NCBI RefSeq assembly: GCF_006345805.1
Contig: NC_043002.1
Coordinates: 111,476,001-111,540,000, forward strand
Origin: Octopus sinensis
Lineage: Eukaryota
Length of the DNA: 64,000 bases
Direction of reading: 5' to 3'
In this document: positions 28,400 to 41,500 of the stretch, piece by piece
Numbering within the stretch: the first letter of the stretch is position 1
Layout of the letters: each line of letters opens with the position of its first letter
Program-made: the position numbers and the translations under genes
Notes under the pieces: generated by a model
Databases searched by the model: none
Seen by the model: the letters and a program-made list of their open reading frames with translations, nothing else
Told to the model about the DNA's origin: nothing

Positions 28400-28720
28400 T
28401 GTGGACAGTTGATCTTAAACTCATTTGTGATGGTGAGTAGAACTATGTTGAACAGATTAAATTCCTACTCAAATTCGCTCTGGACTCTCACTGCATCTTC
28501 ATACACTGCTTATACAACTCTCACAATCCATTTGTCTACACCTAGTTTCTTCATGACCACCAAATTATTGAGTGCAACATTCGGTCAAACACTTTCTCTG
28601 AATGCCAAGGGTAGTTTGTTTACACTTAACTAAGTATTTCTCCTGCTGTTGTTTCACTAGAAAGATTGCATCTCTGTCAAACACAAAGCCAATATGCATG
28701 TAATCTAAGTTGACTATTTT
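28400..28720 (-). pseudogene. Decayed RTE reverse-transcriptase fragment
   Basis: Minus strand gives a decayed match to the RTE RT region, including ...IIWWSMKKLGVDKWIVRVV...YEDA, with frameshifts. Confidence 0.65.
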
Positions 28721-28964
28721 GGATCATTTGAGTTAAGGATGAATTTATGAAACACTGGATATCATGGATATTATCTGATGAAGTGGAAAAATTGCAGGAA
28801 ATAATTTCAAAATGTCTGGCTTTGATACTTTTGCCACAGGGTTAAAATAGCTTGGATACTTTACCTGAACATATGGATTCCAAGAGCTAAAAGACCAGCA
28901 TCGATAATAGAGTGGAACAGAAGATAACCTGTTGTGGACTAATGAGGATGAAGCTACCAATACC

Positions 28965-29407
28965 TATTTCTTTATTACCCACAAGGGGCTAAACACAGAG
29001 GGGACAAACAAGGACAGACATAGGTATTAAGTTGATTACATCGACCCCAGTGCGTAACTGGTACTTAATTTATCGACCCTGAAAGGATGAAAGGCAAAGT
29101 CGACCTCGGTGGAATTTGAACTCACAACGTAACGCAGACGAAATACCGCTAAGCATTTCGCCCGGCATGCTAACGTTTCTGCCAGCTCGCCACCCACAAG
29201 GGGCTAAACACAGAGGGGACAAACAAGGACAGACATAGGTATTAAGTCGATTACATCGACCCCAGTGCGTAACTGGTACTTTATTTATCGACCCTGAAAG
29301 GATGAAAGGCAAAGTCGACCTCGGCGGAATTTGAACTCAGAACATAGCGGCAGACGAAATACCGCTCAGCATTTCGTCCGGCGTGCTAACGTTTCTGCCA
29401 GCTCGCC
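28965..29407 (-). mobile_element. SINE-B head-to-tail dimer inside one 13-bp TSD
   Basis: TSD agctaccaatacc at 28952-28964 and 29408-29420. Confidence 0.9.
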
Positions 29408-30576
29408 AGCTACCAATACCACTTCAAGTTTAGATGATGAGGATGAAAGATTGGATACCAATGATAAACTAAATCAAGAAAAATAGCTGGATATTATTTG
29501 GAGATGATAAATCAGACTTTGGTGGTTTTGAAATAATAAACTCTCTTTATGAAGAAAGACCTGTGCAGCCCTGCCTCCCCACTCAACAGCTTATATGCAA
29601 ACATTACTGAGCAAAAGCAGAACCCACCATTGTTTGTGTTTTAGTATTTGAGTTTTTGTGTTTTATGTCTTCTAACTTTTGTAGTAATATACATGCAGTC
29701 TCATTATATAAAAAGATAAAATATATTAATGATTTTTAGCTATGAAAATTGGGGGTCACATATTTGAGGTCATATTGTGCTACTAAAGATCATAAGCCAT
29801 CTGGTTTTTATCTATATCTAGGACTACATTAACTAAGATGCTGATCTTATTTTAGGGTTGATAGGGTGTAATATGAGGGAAATTTGGTTGCTATTTATTG
29901 CAAGTCAAGCAACCATATAGAGATTCTCTCAATGGCTTTTGGTTTGAATGTGTTTTCAAATGTTACATCCACTGTTGTCTTGTGCAAATTGTAAACTGAA
30001 ATAGCCATGGCTAATTTGTAAATTATTTTTTTCTTGTGACAAACCCCTGCAATTTTCCTTTTTTTGTTTTATATTGCTACCTTAACAATCTGTACCAAAT
30101 TTGTTCTTGGACAACTTAGCTTAACTAGTGGCTAAATGCAGATGTTTTAAGATAAATAAATAAAATGCACAATTCATAGACACACAAAAAATATGCGCAC
30201 ACATATGTAGTGGCTGATTTGTATGTTCTCTTGTTTGTTGAAATTGTCTACCAAATACCAAAGGTATATATACTGCTTATTAACTATCATAGTCCATCTC
30301 TCACAATACCACTGATGATGACTGCAGGTAAGTTGCCTATTTTGTGTAGGCAAATATACCCATCATGTCGTGTGTGTGTCATTTGCTGCCAACTCCTCAC
30401 CTGTTTCCAAGTAAAGTTTTACACATGCACACAGACACACAGACACACACTGAGGTGTGGCTGTTTGGTTAAGAAGTTTGCTTCCCATCCACATGGTTTT
30501 AGGTTCAGTCCTACTGCATGGCTCCTTGGGCAAGTGTCTTCTGCTATAGCCCCAGGCTGTAGTAGAAGGCTTTTAA

Positions 30577-30797
30577 CCTTTTCGTTACCGTATTTATTTT
30601 GAGATGCTCTGAGTTTCTTTCTATTATTTTAAATATAACAAAGAATTTAGTAAAATGATTTAGTTATCATTAAGCTAGTGTTAAGAACATAAATTGTGAC
30701 TAAGGTTTGGTGGAAGATTTTAATTCAAAGCTTATGAAAATGAAACATTTGCAGTACAGATCCAGAGCCGGTTTCAGCCGGGTTGGTAATGAAAGGG
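30577..30797. mobile_element. piggyBac-type MITE (P1), nested in an old SINE-A
   Basis: TTAA TSD at 30573-30576 and 30798-30801. Confidence 0.85.
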
Positions 30798-31106
30798 TTA
30801 AGTGAATTTCATAGATGGAAGCTGATAGAAACACATTGTGTGTGTGTGTAAAGTCCATCTGTTTTTCGGCCTAATCAGTTTAACTGCCCAGTCTATTTCT
30901 AGCTGTGTTTCTGTTTATATGTCAGCTTGGCTTTCTCAGTGCAACTGAGTGTCTTGTATGTCTGACTGGACATATAATTCTGTGCGATTGTTTTTCTGCC
31001 TGCTTATTTGGATGTGCTTCTGTGGCTCTTACATGTTTGTTTGCTTGTTCTATGTCTCTGTTATGTACATGTGTGAAGTTTTGTTGGTGTCCATAACCTT
31101 TTTAAG

Positions 31107-31390
31107 AACACCTAAAGCTCCACGAGGCTCCGGCAGGGGATGGTGGTGATCCCTGCTGTACTCTTTCACCATAACTTTCTCTCACTCTTACTTCCTGTTT
31201 CTGTTGTACCCGTATTTCAAAGGGCCGGCCTTGTCACTCTCTGTGTCACGCTGAATATTCCCAAGAACTACGTTAAGGGTACACGTGTCTGTGGAGTGCT
31301 CAGCCACTTACACGTTAATTTCACGAGCAGGCTGGTCCGTTGATTTGGATCAACCGGAACCCTCGTCGTCGTAACCGACGGAGTGCTTCC
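31107..31390 (+). mobile_element. SINE-C, 5'-truncated
   Basis: Consensus match. Confidence 0.85.
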
Positions 31391-31821
31391 GTCCCAGACA
31401 AACACATTCAGACATTGTCAGACTATTTGGTGTTCAACCACTGTATCCACAAATTAACTTATCTACACTTGATGTTTTATGTATGTGAATCCTCTCACGT
31501 CTCCTCTCCTCCCTCCTCCTCCTCGTCTCTGCGGCTTGCATGCTTCCATGACACATTAAACCAAATTTGATGAATTGCATGAAAAAAGACAATATCTTGA
31601 TAGGCCTCATGAAATATGGTTGTTCTGGGTGCCAGACTGTATGAATAAAATTTCTGGACAGGTTTATTTATGAAACAATTTTTTTTTCTTCCGAGTGGGC
31701 ATACAGGGAATAGCACCTCTCTTCATAATAGTATTCAAAATCAGTGAGGTGTATAATTTACTGCTGGTGATGATGATGATGATTAGAAGTTAGAGGAAAG
31801 GTTTTTCAAAAATAAATAAAT

Positions 31822-32220
31822 AGGAGTGGCTGTGTGGTGAGTAGCTTGCTAACCAACCACATGGCTCCGGGTTCAGTCCCACTGCGTGGCATCTTGGGCA
31901 TGTGTCTTCTGCTATAGCCCCGGGCCGGCCAATGCCTTGTGAGTGGATTTGGTAGACGGAAACTGAAAGAAGCCTGTCGTATATATGTATATATATATAT
32001 ATATGTGTTTGTGTGTCTGTGTTTGTCCCCGTAGCATTGCTTGACAACCGATGCTTGTGTGTTTACGTCCCCGTCACTTAGCGGTTCGGCAAAAGAGATC
32101 GATAGAATAAGTACTGGGCTTACAAAGAATAAGTCCCGGAGTCGATTTGCTCGACTAAAGGCGGTGCTCCAGCGTGGCCACAGTCAAATGACTGAAACAA
32201 GTAAAAGAGTAAAGAGTAAA
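31822..32220 (+). mobile_element. SINE-A
   Basis: Consensus match. Confidence 0.9.
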
Positions 32221-32561
32221 TGTCTTGTAGACTGCAATAAGCTATACAGGGGATCCAGTTTCAGAAATAAATTGCACCTGGAATAAAATTCCAAGACTAT
32301 TATAGGTAATTTCTTTCCCTTTGACATGGTGACTATTTCAGATGAACCAAGGCAATGTAGAATAACACATCCTCAGAAACTCAGCAAACCACCCTCAATG
32401 GATTTGAACTGGTGATCCCATAGGCAGGTAGTTAATTACTTATCCACTTGACTATTCTGCTTTTATGTTCTAGAAAAGTATTGCTGCTAATTAATGCAAG
32501 GTTAAAAGTTACCTCCTCTAACTAGTAAATAATTGGAATTCTTAATAAAATTTATTTAAAA

Positions 32562-34726
32562 CTAGCAGTATCGCCCGGCGTTGCTCGGGTTTGTAAGGGA
32601 AATAACTATATAAGCATTTTTAGAGAGTTATAGCCAAAAAATAGCAAAAAAATACATTAAAAATGGAAAAAATATGATGGTAAATTTTTTTTTAAATCGT
32701 TGACTCATCGTAGACATTTTTAGAGAGTTACTTCCCTTTAAAAAAATATGCATGAAAATGGAAAAAATGATGGTAAATTATTTTTAAAATCGTAGACTCA
32801 TCGTAGACATGTGCTAATACCCAGAAGGGCTTGATATGAATCACGACTATAAGATACCCGGTTTTGGTTAAACTGCACCGCAAAATGTGGGAGTAGTTAG
32901 GAATCTAAATCGAAGGGGACAGACACTCACACAACTACAGTTTTATATATATAGATATAATCAGATGTATAGAAGAATGAAAGAATATTCCATAAAAACA
33001 TTCTTATTTCTTTTTGTGTTCACATGGACAGCAGGAATACAAACTTGTCTTTAAAATGTCAGCTTGAAGTTGATCCTTAATAAATTGGCTCCAACTCTTT
33101 TGCATAGTCTGAATCTATAGTTGTTCTTTTGTCGTAAGATATCATAGTGTATAGTGGTCGAGACATTTATTTCTCTATTGGTGAATTTACTTAGCTCTAA
33201 TTGCCTGCTGCTGCTGGCTACTATAGTGTACCACTGTAATTAATGAGGTTTGTTAGCTTGCAGTAATAAATTCAATCTCATCCACTATCATTACAGGATT
33301 GGAAAAATGCAATGGAAATCATACCATTCTCCTTCTTCTCAGTCGTTAGTCAAAGATACCTTAGACCCAGTAGGATTACAAGGTTACAATGAGTGTTAGT
33401 TTGTTGAGAGGGATGAGGTCTATAGCCTTTTTATAGAATAACTAGCAGTATCACCCGGCGTTGCTCGGTTTGTAAGGGAAATAACTATATAAGCATTTTT
33501 AGAGAGTTATAGCCAAAAAATAGCAAAAAAATACATTAAAAATGGAAAAAATATGATGGTAAATTTTTTTTTAAATCGTTGACTCATCGTAGACATTTTT
33601 AGAGAGTTACTTCCCTTTAAAAAAATATGCATGAAAATGGAAAAAATGATGGTAAATTATTTTTAAATCGTAGACTCATCGTAGACATGTGCTAATACCA
33701 GAAGGGCTTGATATGAATCACGACTATAAGATACCCGGTTTTGGTTAAACTGCACCGCAAAATGTGGGAGTAGTTAGGAATCTAAATCGAAGGGGACAGA
33801 CACTCACACAACTACAGTTTTATATATATAGATATAATCAGATGTATAGAAGAATGAAAGAATATTCCATAAAAACATTCTTATTTCTTTTTGTGTTCAC
33901 ATGGACAGCAGGAATACAAACTTGTCTTTAAAATGTCAGCTTGAAGTTGATCCTTAATAAATTGGCTCCAACTCTTTTGCATAGTCTGAATCTATAGTTG
34001 TTCTTTTGTCGTAAGATATCATAGTGTATAGTGGTCGAGACATTTATTTCTCTATTGGTGAATTTACTTAGCTCTAATTGCCTGCTGCTGCTGGCTACTA
34101 TAGTGTACCACTGTAATTAATGAGGTTTGTTAGCTTGCAGTAATAAATTCAATCTCATCCACTATCATTACAGGATTGGAAAAATGCAATGGAAATCATA
34201 CCATTCTCCTTCTTCTCAGTCGTTAGTCAAAGATACCTTAGACCCAGTAGGATTACAAGGTTACAATGAGTGTTAGTTTGTTGAGAGGGATGAGGTCTAT
34301 AGCCTTTTTATAGAATAACTAGCAGTATCACCCGGCGTTGCTCGGGTTTGTAAGGGAAATAACTATATAAGCATTTTTAGAGAGTTATAGCAAAAAAATA
34401 GCAAAAAAATGCATTAAAAATGGAAGAAAAATGATGGTAAATTTTTTTTAAATCGTTGACTCATCGTAGACATTTTTAGAGAGTTACTTCCCTTATATAA
34501 TAGCGAGAAAATGCATTAAAATGCATTAAAATGGGAAAAAAATGATGGTAAATTTTTTTTTAAATCGTAGATTCATTGTAGACGCGCGCTAATACCCAGA
34601 AGGGCTCGATATGAATCACGACTATAAGATACCCGGTTTTGGTTAAACTGCACCGCAAAATGTGGGAGTAGTTAGGAATCTAAATCGTAGGAGACAGACA
34701 CACAACCTTACTTTTATATATAAAGA
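32562..34726 (-). repeat. Three family-E Helitrons (32562-32955, 33442-33832, 34319-34726) separated by two copies of a 486-bp unique spacer
   Basis: Spacers 32956-33441 and 33833-34318 are essentially identical. Confidence 0.9.
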
Positions 34727-34782
34727 TTTAAAACAACGTGAATAAAGAAGCATTACATTTGATCTGAATGCTCATGGGTTAA

Positions 34783-35003
34783 CTGTTCAGAATTTAAACT
34801 AGCCATATCTGACTAAATTATTCTACTCGTTTTATATTCAAACCGACCAGATCTGGCCTTTTATACCTAACCTAAAATGTCATTCTCAAAATAAAACTAT
34901 TACATCATTTGAAATCTTGAATCTACATGACAATGGGTGATTAATTCAAGATATGTGAATAAACACACTTTAAATTTGACAGAATAATCTGAAGGCTAGA
35001 GGG
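34783..35003. mobile_element. Degenerate piggyBac-type MITE (P2)
   Basis: Similar to 25461-25680, TTAA-like flanks. Confidence 0.6.
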
Positions 35004-35467
35004 TTTAATATAAAGCAGAATGGAGGCTAAGACAACAAGAGTTGATAGAAGGGGGAGAATTGTTATTTCATGGTTAATGGAAGTCTTAAATTTTGAGTAT
35101 GATCTACGGCATCTCACTGGAAAATTATTTGTAGAATTTTATAATGAAAATTTATAGGAAACACAAATTGAATAACTTTACAACTTAAAAAAAAAAAACT
35201 ATTTACAGTTTTGATTATTTTTAAATATGTAAAAAATAAACAAGAATAGAAATATAAAATATTCAAATTGTCCAATAAAGTCAACATAAGTAGTTCAGAT
35301 AACTAAACATATATAGAACTGCTAACGTTTGATTCACTTTAAAACTGGTTAATATTTTGTTAAACATTTTTGTTTTGCATTTTTCAATGTTATAGTTAGG
35401 CCTTTTGCTTTTGTGACTGTCTTTTTGATTGATATCTCTTAAATTTCTCACTATTTTTCCAGTTTAA

Positions 35468-35507
35468 TCTAATAAAGTTTTGCTTCCTCATTTTTTAGGT
35501 TTCCAAC
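35468..35507 (+). promoter_or_regulatory. 3' splice acceptor upstream of the GTF3C1 coding exon (intron in 5' UTR)
   Basis: ttttgcttcctcattttttAG|gtttccaacATG; AG at 35497-35498, branch-like ctaat near 35469. Confidence 0.7.
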
Positions 35508-38500
35508 ATGGCTGCTGACTTTGTTGGGGATCTGTTGGATGAAGTGGCTTTAGAAGGGTTAGATGGGACAACACTTAACACATTATGGATACGACTTAAA
35601 GACCGCCCAAACTTTGCTTTCAAAATAGACGATCAATCTAAAGAATTTATCTGGAATTCTTTAGTAATTCAAGATCAACTTCAGTTCTATGAACTCCCAA
35701 CTGACCGCCTCCCACTTGTTACCATCAACCATTTTGATTACCAAGACCCTTCTACAGGTCAATGGATTGAAGCTGCCAAGATTGTCGACTGCTATCCTAT
35801 TGAAGTAGTCAAAGATAACCCATGTGTCCAAGGTTCATGCTCCACTTATTCAACTCGATTAAATATCACAAATCAAATACGTTCAGATGATTACCAAAAG
35901 CTTTGTAGTTTAGAAGAAGCCGAAGCACTATGGGGCGAGAGAATGGTTATCGTTGCTTCTCAGAACTTACGAAGTATGTCTCTGTTTGGACCAGACAGAG
36001 ACCCAAATATGAGGTTGCTGGATTTACCATATTGCATCTTAGAAAGAATTGGTCGTTCTCGTTACATTGGGGAACTCACTCGAGGACACAACAGTTTGGC
36101 TGTTTTTAGCGATTCGCCAAAACTTATGTTTCATTATTTTAAGTTACTAATACGTTTATCACTTGTCCGTAAGCAAGTATTTGCTATGACCAATGTTGTA
36201 AATAAACAGGTCCACACTAGATTATTACACCTACCTCGATTTTACTCTGAAAAGAAATCTCGGTACATGGTTCTACTAGAACGCCTCACCAGCTACTTGA
36301 AGACCAAATACAGCCACCAAGAAGAGGTTGCTATTTGTAAGGAAGATATCGGGATTGATGATCAGTCCTTCAAGAAGCTGTGTCGGGCTTCTACTAGATA
36401 TGTGCGGATATTTAATATGAACTACAGAGATATGTATCCAGACTCGGAAGTTATTGAGAATGTGAAAAACAAAAAGTATAAGGAGAAAACAGTTCGTGTA
36501 ATTCAGATGATAAGAGAGTATGGTGTCGAGGAAGATGAAGATGAAGAAGAAATAGAAAGTGACGAAGAGGGAGAAGATACTGCGACAGTGACTAAAGATG
36601 AAAAAAACAAATCAGAGCCAATAAAATTACTATGGGAAAGGCCTTTTATCCAACAAGCAAATGATTTACTTGAATGTGCTGGTCCTGGGGGCATGTCTCT
36701 TAAAGATATGATGAAGTGTATGAACATTTCAACTTTTGAAAGCCGTAGTGTCCTGAAGTATTTGACTCGGACCAAAGCATCTCACTCAGTTATGTTAGAT
36801 GTTGGCAGACAGCGTAAAGCTATGTATATCTCCTATAAATTCGCCAACACCAGTAAATTACATATGGATTTAGAGAAAGAAAGAAACAAAATGGAACAGT
36901 TGATAAAGTCAACTCCCAAGCTTCCATTTAAGTCTACACCCCAGCAGAAGGGGTTAACATCTGAGGAGAAGAATAAAGATTCAGCCCCACACACTAATTC
37001 AAGTGGAACCAATCAACAAGATGCTACTGTTGATCCTGTAATGAATATGCAGGAAGAGGACGATACTAAAAAGCCACGCCTCACTTCAAAGGTCCTTCAG
37101 CGGACCAACTGGATCATTGAAGCTGTTCAAGAAGCTAAACTAGTTGATAAGACATTTGCTTTAAAGAATATGATTTTAAATAAAGAAAAAGCCATGGGCG
37201 AATCAACTCAAATTGACAAGAAATCTGTCGACCGTATCCTGCGACGTCTCCAAAAGAATGGACAAATCCGGTTAATAAAAACCATAATTAAAACTGATAA
37301 TAAACAAAAAGAATTAACGTTCATTTGTGATCCCAGTATCACACCTGATCATCAAATAGTGAAGAGTGCTATAGAACAAGCTAAACTGAAATATTTTGGG
37401 GTTTGCAAAGAGCATTTACGTGAATCTGAGCGTATGAAGATGAACAGCCGTTTGCTTATGAAAGATATGCCTCCTAGTGTCCAAGATAGTGTGCGCAAAC
37501 TGCATGACCACCGAAGCAAGATGAAAGCATGTGATATGCGTTATGATCCATCATATATGAGAAAGTATGGTGTCTTACCAAAGTTTCGTAAAGCTGAAAC
37601 TGTCCACAAATTACTGTGGTACTTGATATATGCTAATAGAAACAAGACACCCATACCGAATGACCAAATTCGTAAAGATCCTGCTTTGGAGGTGAAAGCC
37701 GACCCTGATAGCGACATCACAACTACCACAACTTATGATTCACCTCAGGCTCTGATACCTGAGACTGATGTTGATGGTAATGTGGAGTGGAACATAAAAT
37801 CAACTGAAAGTGTCCCTCCTGTGTATGTTGATGACAATTCATGGCGGCGTTATCTTGCTCCTTTGCCTCTACATTCTGGATTCCAGGTCGGCTGGTGTCT
37901 TATCAGTGACGTTTTGCTTTTGTTACCCCTACAGTTATTTTGTCAAATAGTCTCTCTTCCATACAAAATTAATGGTCTGAAAGAATTTCTTGCAGATCCT
38001 GTGAAACGCTACTATCCTATAACTTACCTGCCTTTTAAACTTACCCAGCAACTCCTCTATGCTCGTCGTTACATATTTACGTTTTATGAAGTTTGTACCT
38101 TACTCTGTCAAATGGGGTTACTCTCATTTGGAGATCAAGTCCTCAAAGAGAAAGACCAAGTGTTTATTTACCTTCACAAAAATGCTAAACTGGTTGATAC
38201 GAAAAGTTCTGTTGTTGGCTACTGTCAGGTTCGCCCACCTGAAGGACAAACATTTCCAATTGAATCCTTTCATTTAGATAGCTGGGAAGTTCTTGAAAAT
38301 TATTGGTTCTGTTTTAGAGTCACTGCATTGAATACTCCATTAGGAAGATATCACAAAGTGGTTGATGAAGTAAAATGGGAAGAAGAACATGGTGTAGCCC
38401 CAGTCTCTTATAGTTTGTCTGATGCTCAATCTGCAAAGACACCGGATACAGTTGTTGACAATGGTGCCATACCTGGTGATGGATTAGGTGCTGCCGGCTT

Positions 38501-41500
38501 CGACTCTTCTCTATTTTGCCATATCTCTCGGAATTGGTTTTGGTATGCTGAGACCAGTCAATGGAAGAATATTGTTAAAGAAAAAAGAGTAGATAAAAAA
38601 TCTAGTGATGTAATCTCCCCCTTACATCCAACTATCTTTGAAGAGAATTCTCTTAGCCAGAGACTTCCTCGACTTTTTGGACCAAAAAGGAGACTGGCGC
38701 TTGATAAAAGTGATGAGGCTGCTGAAACTTTTGGGAAAAAAAATGCATCTGAAAACCCAAATGACAAAGAAGGAAAATCAAAATTTCCTTTGTCAAAAAT
38801 TCCCAAACCAAAAAAACGGAAATTATTTGGTTATTTGAACAAAGGATTAAAAAAGAAAGCTCGTAAACGTACTGAGATTTATGATGAACGAGATAAATTA
38901 GCTTTAAAAAGTAAGACCAAGGAAAGAGTTGTTTGGTCACAGCAGGAAGACAGCTTTTTGCTTCTGTGCAAAGTTGCCAATCTTTTCATGGAAAATAGAA
39001 GACCCAACGTACTTAGTCGTATGATTGTTTCTTGGACCAAGATTCGAGATTTACTTATGGATAAATATCCAGATTATGCTAAAGATAAAACGTCAAAAGC
39101 ATGTCAGCGAAGAGTATCATTTGTTCTGAAGAATCCTCAAACAGTTCTTAATGTTTCTGCATTTTTACAAGAAGCATTGCATGACTCCAAACTTATGGAA
39201 GATTTCGGTTACAAGAGATTTAAATATGTACAGGATGATGAAACTGACAAGATATTTGAGGATCTAGTAAACCGATTAATTGAGAAATTTTCTTCAGATA
39301 AATACACACAAAGATGTGATCTTCCAAATTCTCTGAATCAGCTTAACAATAACTACATTTTAACCCAAATTGGTAAATGGAAGAAGGTCTCTGAACCTAA
39401 AGATATTACTCGAGTGGATGATATCTATGCTACAGTCTTGCATAATATTATACACAGTTATCTATCATTGAATGATAAACAAGGCAGAGCCCATGAAATG
39501 TTCCGTTTATTTAACCAGTATCCAGAGAGCTTAATGAATGAAGTGTTTTCACAAATGCAGTCAGATCGTATGATCACTCGAGTTAAGAGAAAAGTAATTA
39601 AAAACAAACAGAAAGAGGCAGACCTTTCTTCCTTAAATACTCATCAACTGAGCCAAAAATACAATTATTATTTTATTAGTAGGTTTCCTCCTAATTTATT
39701 TTCTGACATCTTTGAGATGGTTGATTTGGTGGAATCTGCTTCAACTGAAGGTTACAATGTGTCTGATGTACCAAAAGGGGGATATGCAGCTTTTATAGTT
39801 TCCATTGTTGGCCTTCAATTAGCTAAGTTTGATGTAACAATACCTGATAAAATTATCGTCCTTGATCCCGAGGGATTGAAATCAAATCCTATTGGTCGAG
39901 GGAAAGTTCCAAAGACAAATGAACCTGAAGATGATTCTGTTGCTGAAGGAGATCTCCAGGTTTCCGAGAATTCTCCAAAGTCTCCTGCAAATGAATCTTC
40001 TACAGAATGTGAAAGTGTTTCTCAAGAAACCCAACAGAGTGGGCGGAAGAGGCCACGGGAAGACAGTGTAAACAAAGATCCTTTAACAGATGATGATTCT
40101 GGACCTAGTGCACCAAAAAGCAAGCCAATCCCTTCCAACACATCAAAACCTTTGGTAATCAGACCTCATCATTTGCCCAGGAAAACAAATGCTAGAGTTT
40201 CTCGTGTGACTCTGTCCCTTGCCCGATCTGAAAATATCACAGGTTTGAACCTGCGTGAATTAAACCCACAAGATAACTTTGTAATCAACAGTTGTGTTGT
40301 TAAAATAAGTCTTCTTAATTCTTTGTTACCTAAGTTTCATGGTAATACTGAAAAAGATGTTTTACTTGTGGAGTCTGCATCGTCATCAGGGGACATTTTA
40401 TGGATCACCGAAAAAGTCTTTAAGAACATTATAAGGAAACAATATCAGTTAGTACCACAGCCAGAAGAAGTGTCTACAATTTGGGATAATCTTCAAAAGC
40501 AGACTAGTATGTCAGCTCGTGATATTGGTCTCCTACTGCAAATATTGAGTGTTATCGAAAGAGAGCAAAGCATGGGAATCCGAAAATATGATCTCCAGTA
40601 TCATTTCCAAAATCGGTGGTTACAAGTCAAAAGGTGTGTGAATGTCCTTGAAAAACATCAGCTGATCCTAAAAGTTGGTGTCACAGTAGAACGTTACGTT
40701 TCTGTCAAATATTCACGTCCATGGATTATACATGCGTTTAAAAATACTCGTGGCCGATCAGATCAGAACAACATTGATGATTGCTTCTCTGATTTACTCT
40801 CTAGCCCAGAAGAGGAATACACCAAATCTTTCACATCTCTTGATGAATCAAATATTGCAGATTCTGGGGCATCAGCTTGTGACGCTGCTCTAAATGCATT
40901 GAAACAACTTGAAGCTGAATGCAATTCCAATTGCACCCTTAACCTTAGCTATCAGTCAACACCATCGTGTAGTTCAAACAGCAGTACATTTGGGTTGCCT
41001 AGCAACAACCGAATACCAGCTTGTACCTCTCAACCTCCAGAACAAGAATTTGACAATGGTGAAGATGATGATGTCATTTTACTTGATAATCCAAGCACAG
41101 CAGGTCATTTTTCAATGAGTAAGCGAGTTAAGAAGAAACCTGCCAGACTAGCATTGAATGAAGATTCTTCTTGTACAGCACCTTCATTGAGTACATACAA
41201 AAAAGTGCGTGTACTCTGCCGTCCATGGAGAAAGCCCGAAGGTTTGCTCAATAGAAATGTATTAAAAATGATGCTTGAATCACTTATGTTTTTCATCATG
41301 TCCAAGCCTGGAGTGTCTGAAGAAACAATTTTTGCCAAGTACAATCCTGTTTTGCAGCCAGTACCCATTAAGGAACTATTGGGACTTTTGGAAGATATTG
41401 GTTGTGTCTCAAAGACTATATTGAGGAAACCAAGGTGGATCTCAGTATTTAGCAAAACAAATTCCATTGAGGAAGTTGAAGAAGACCACGAAGGAGATGT

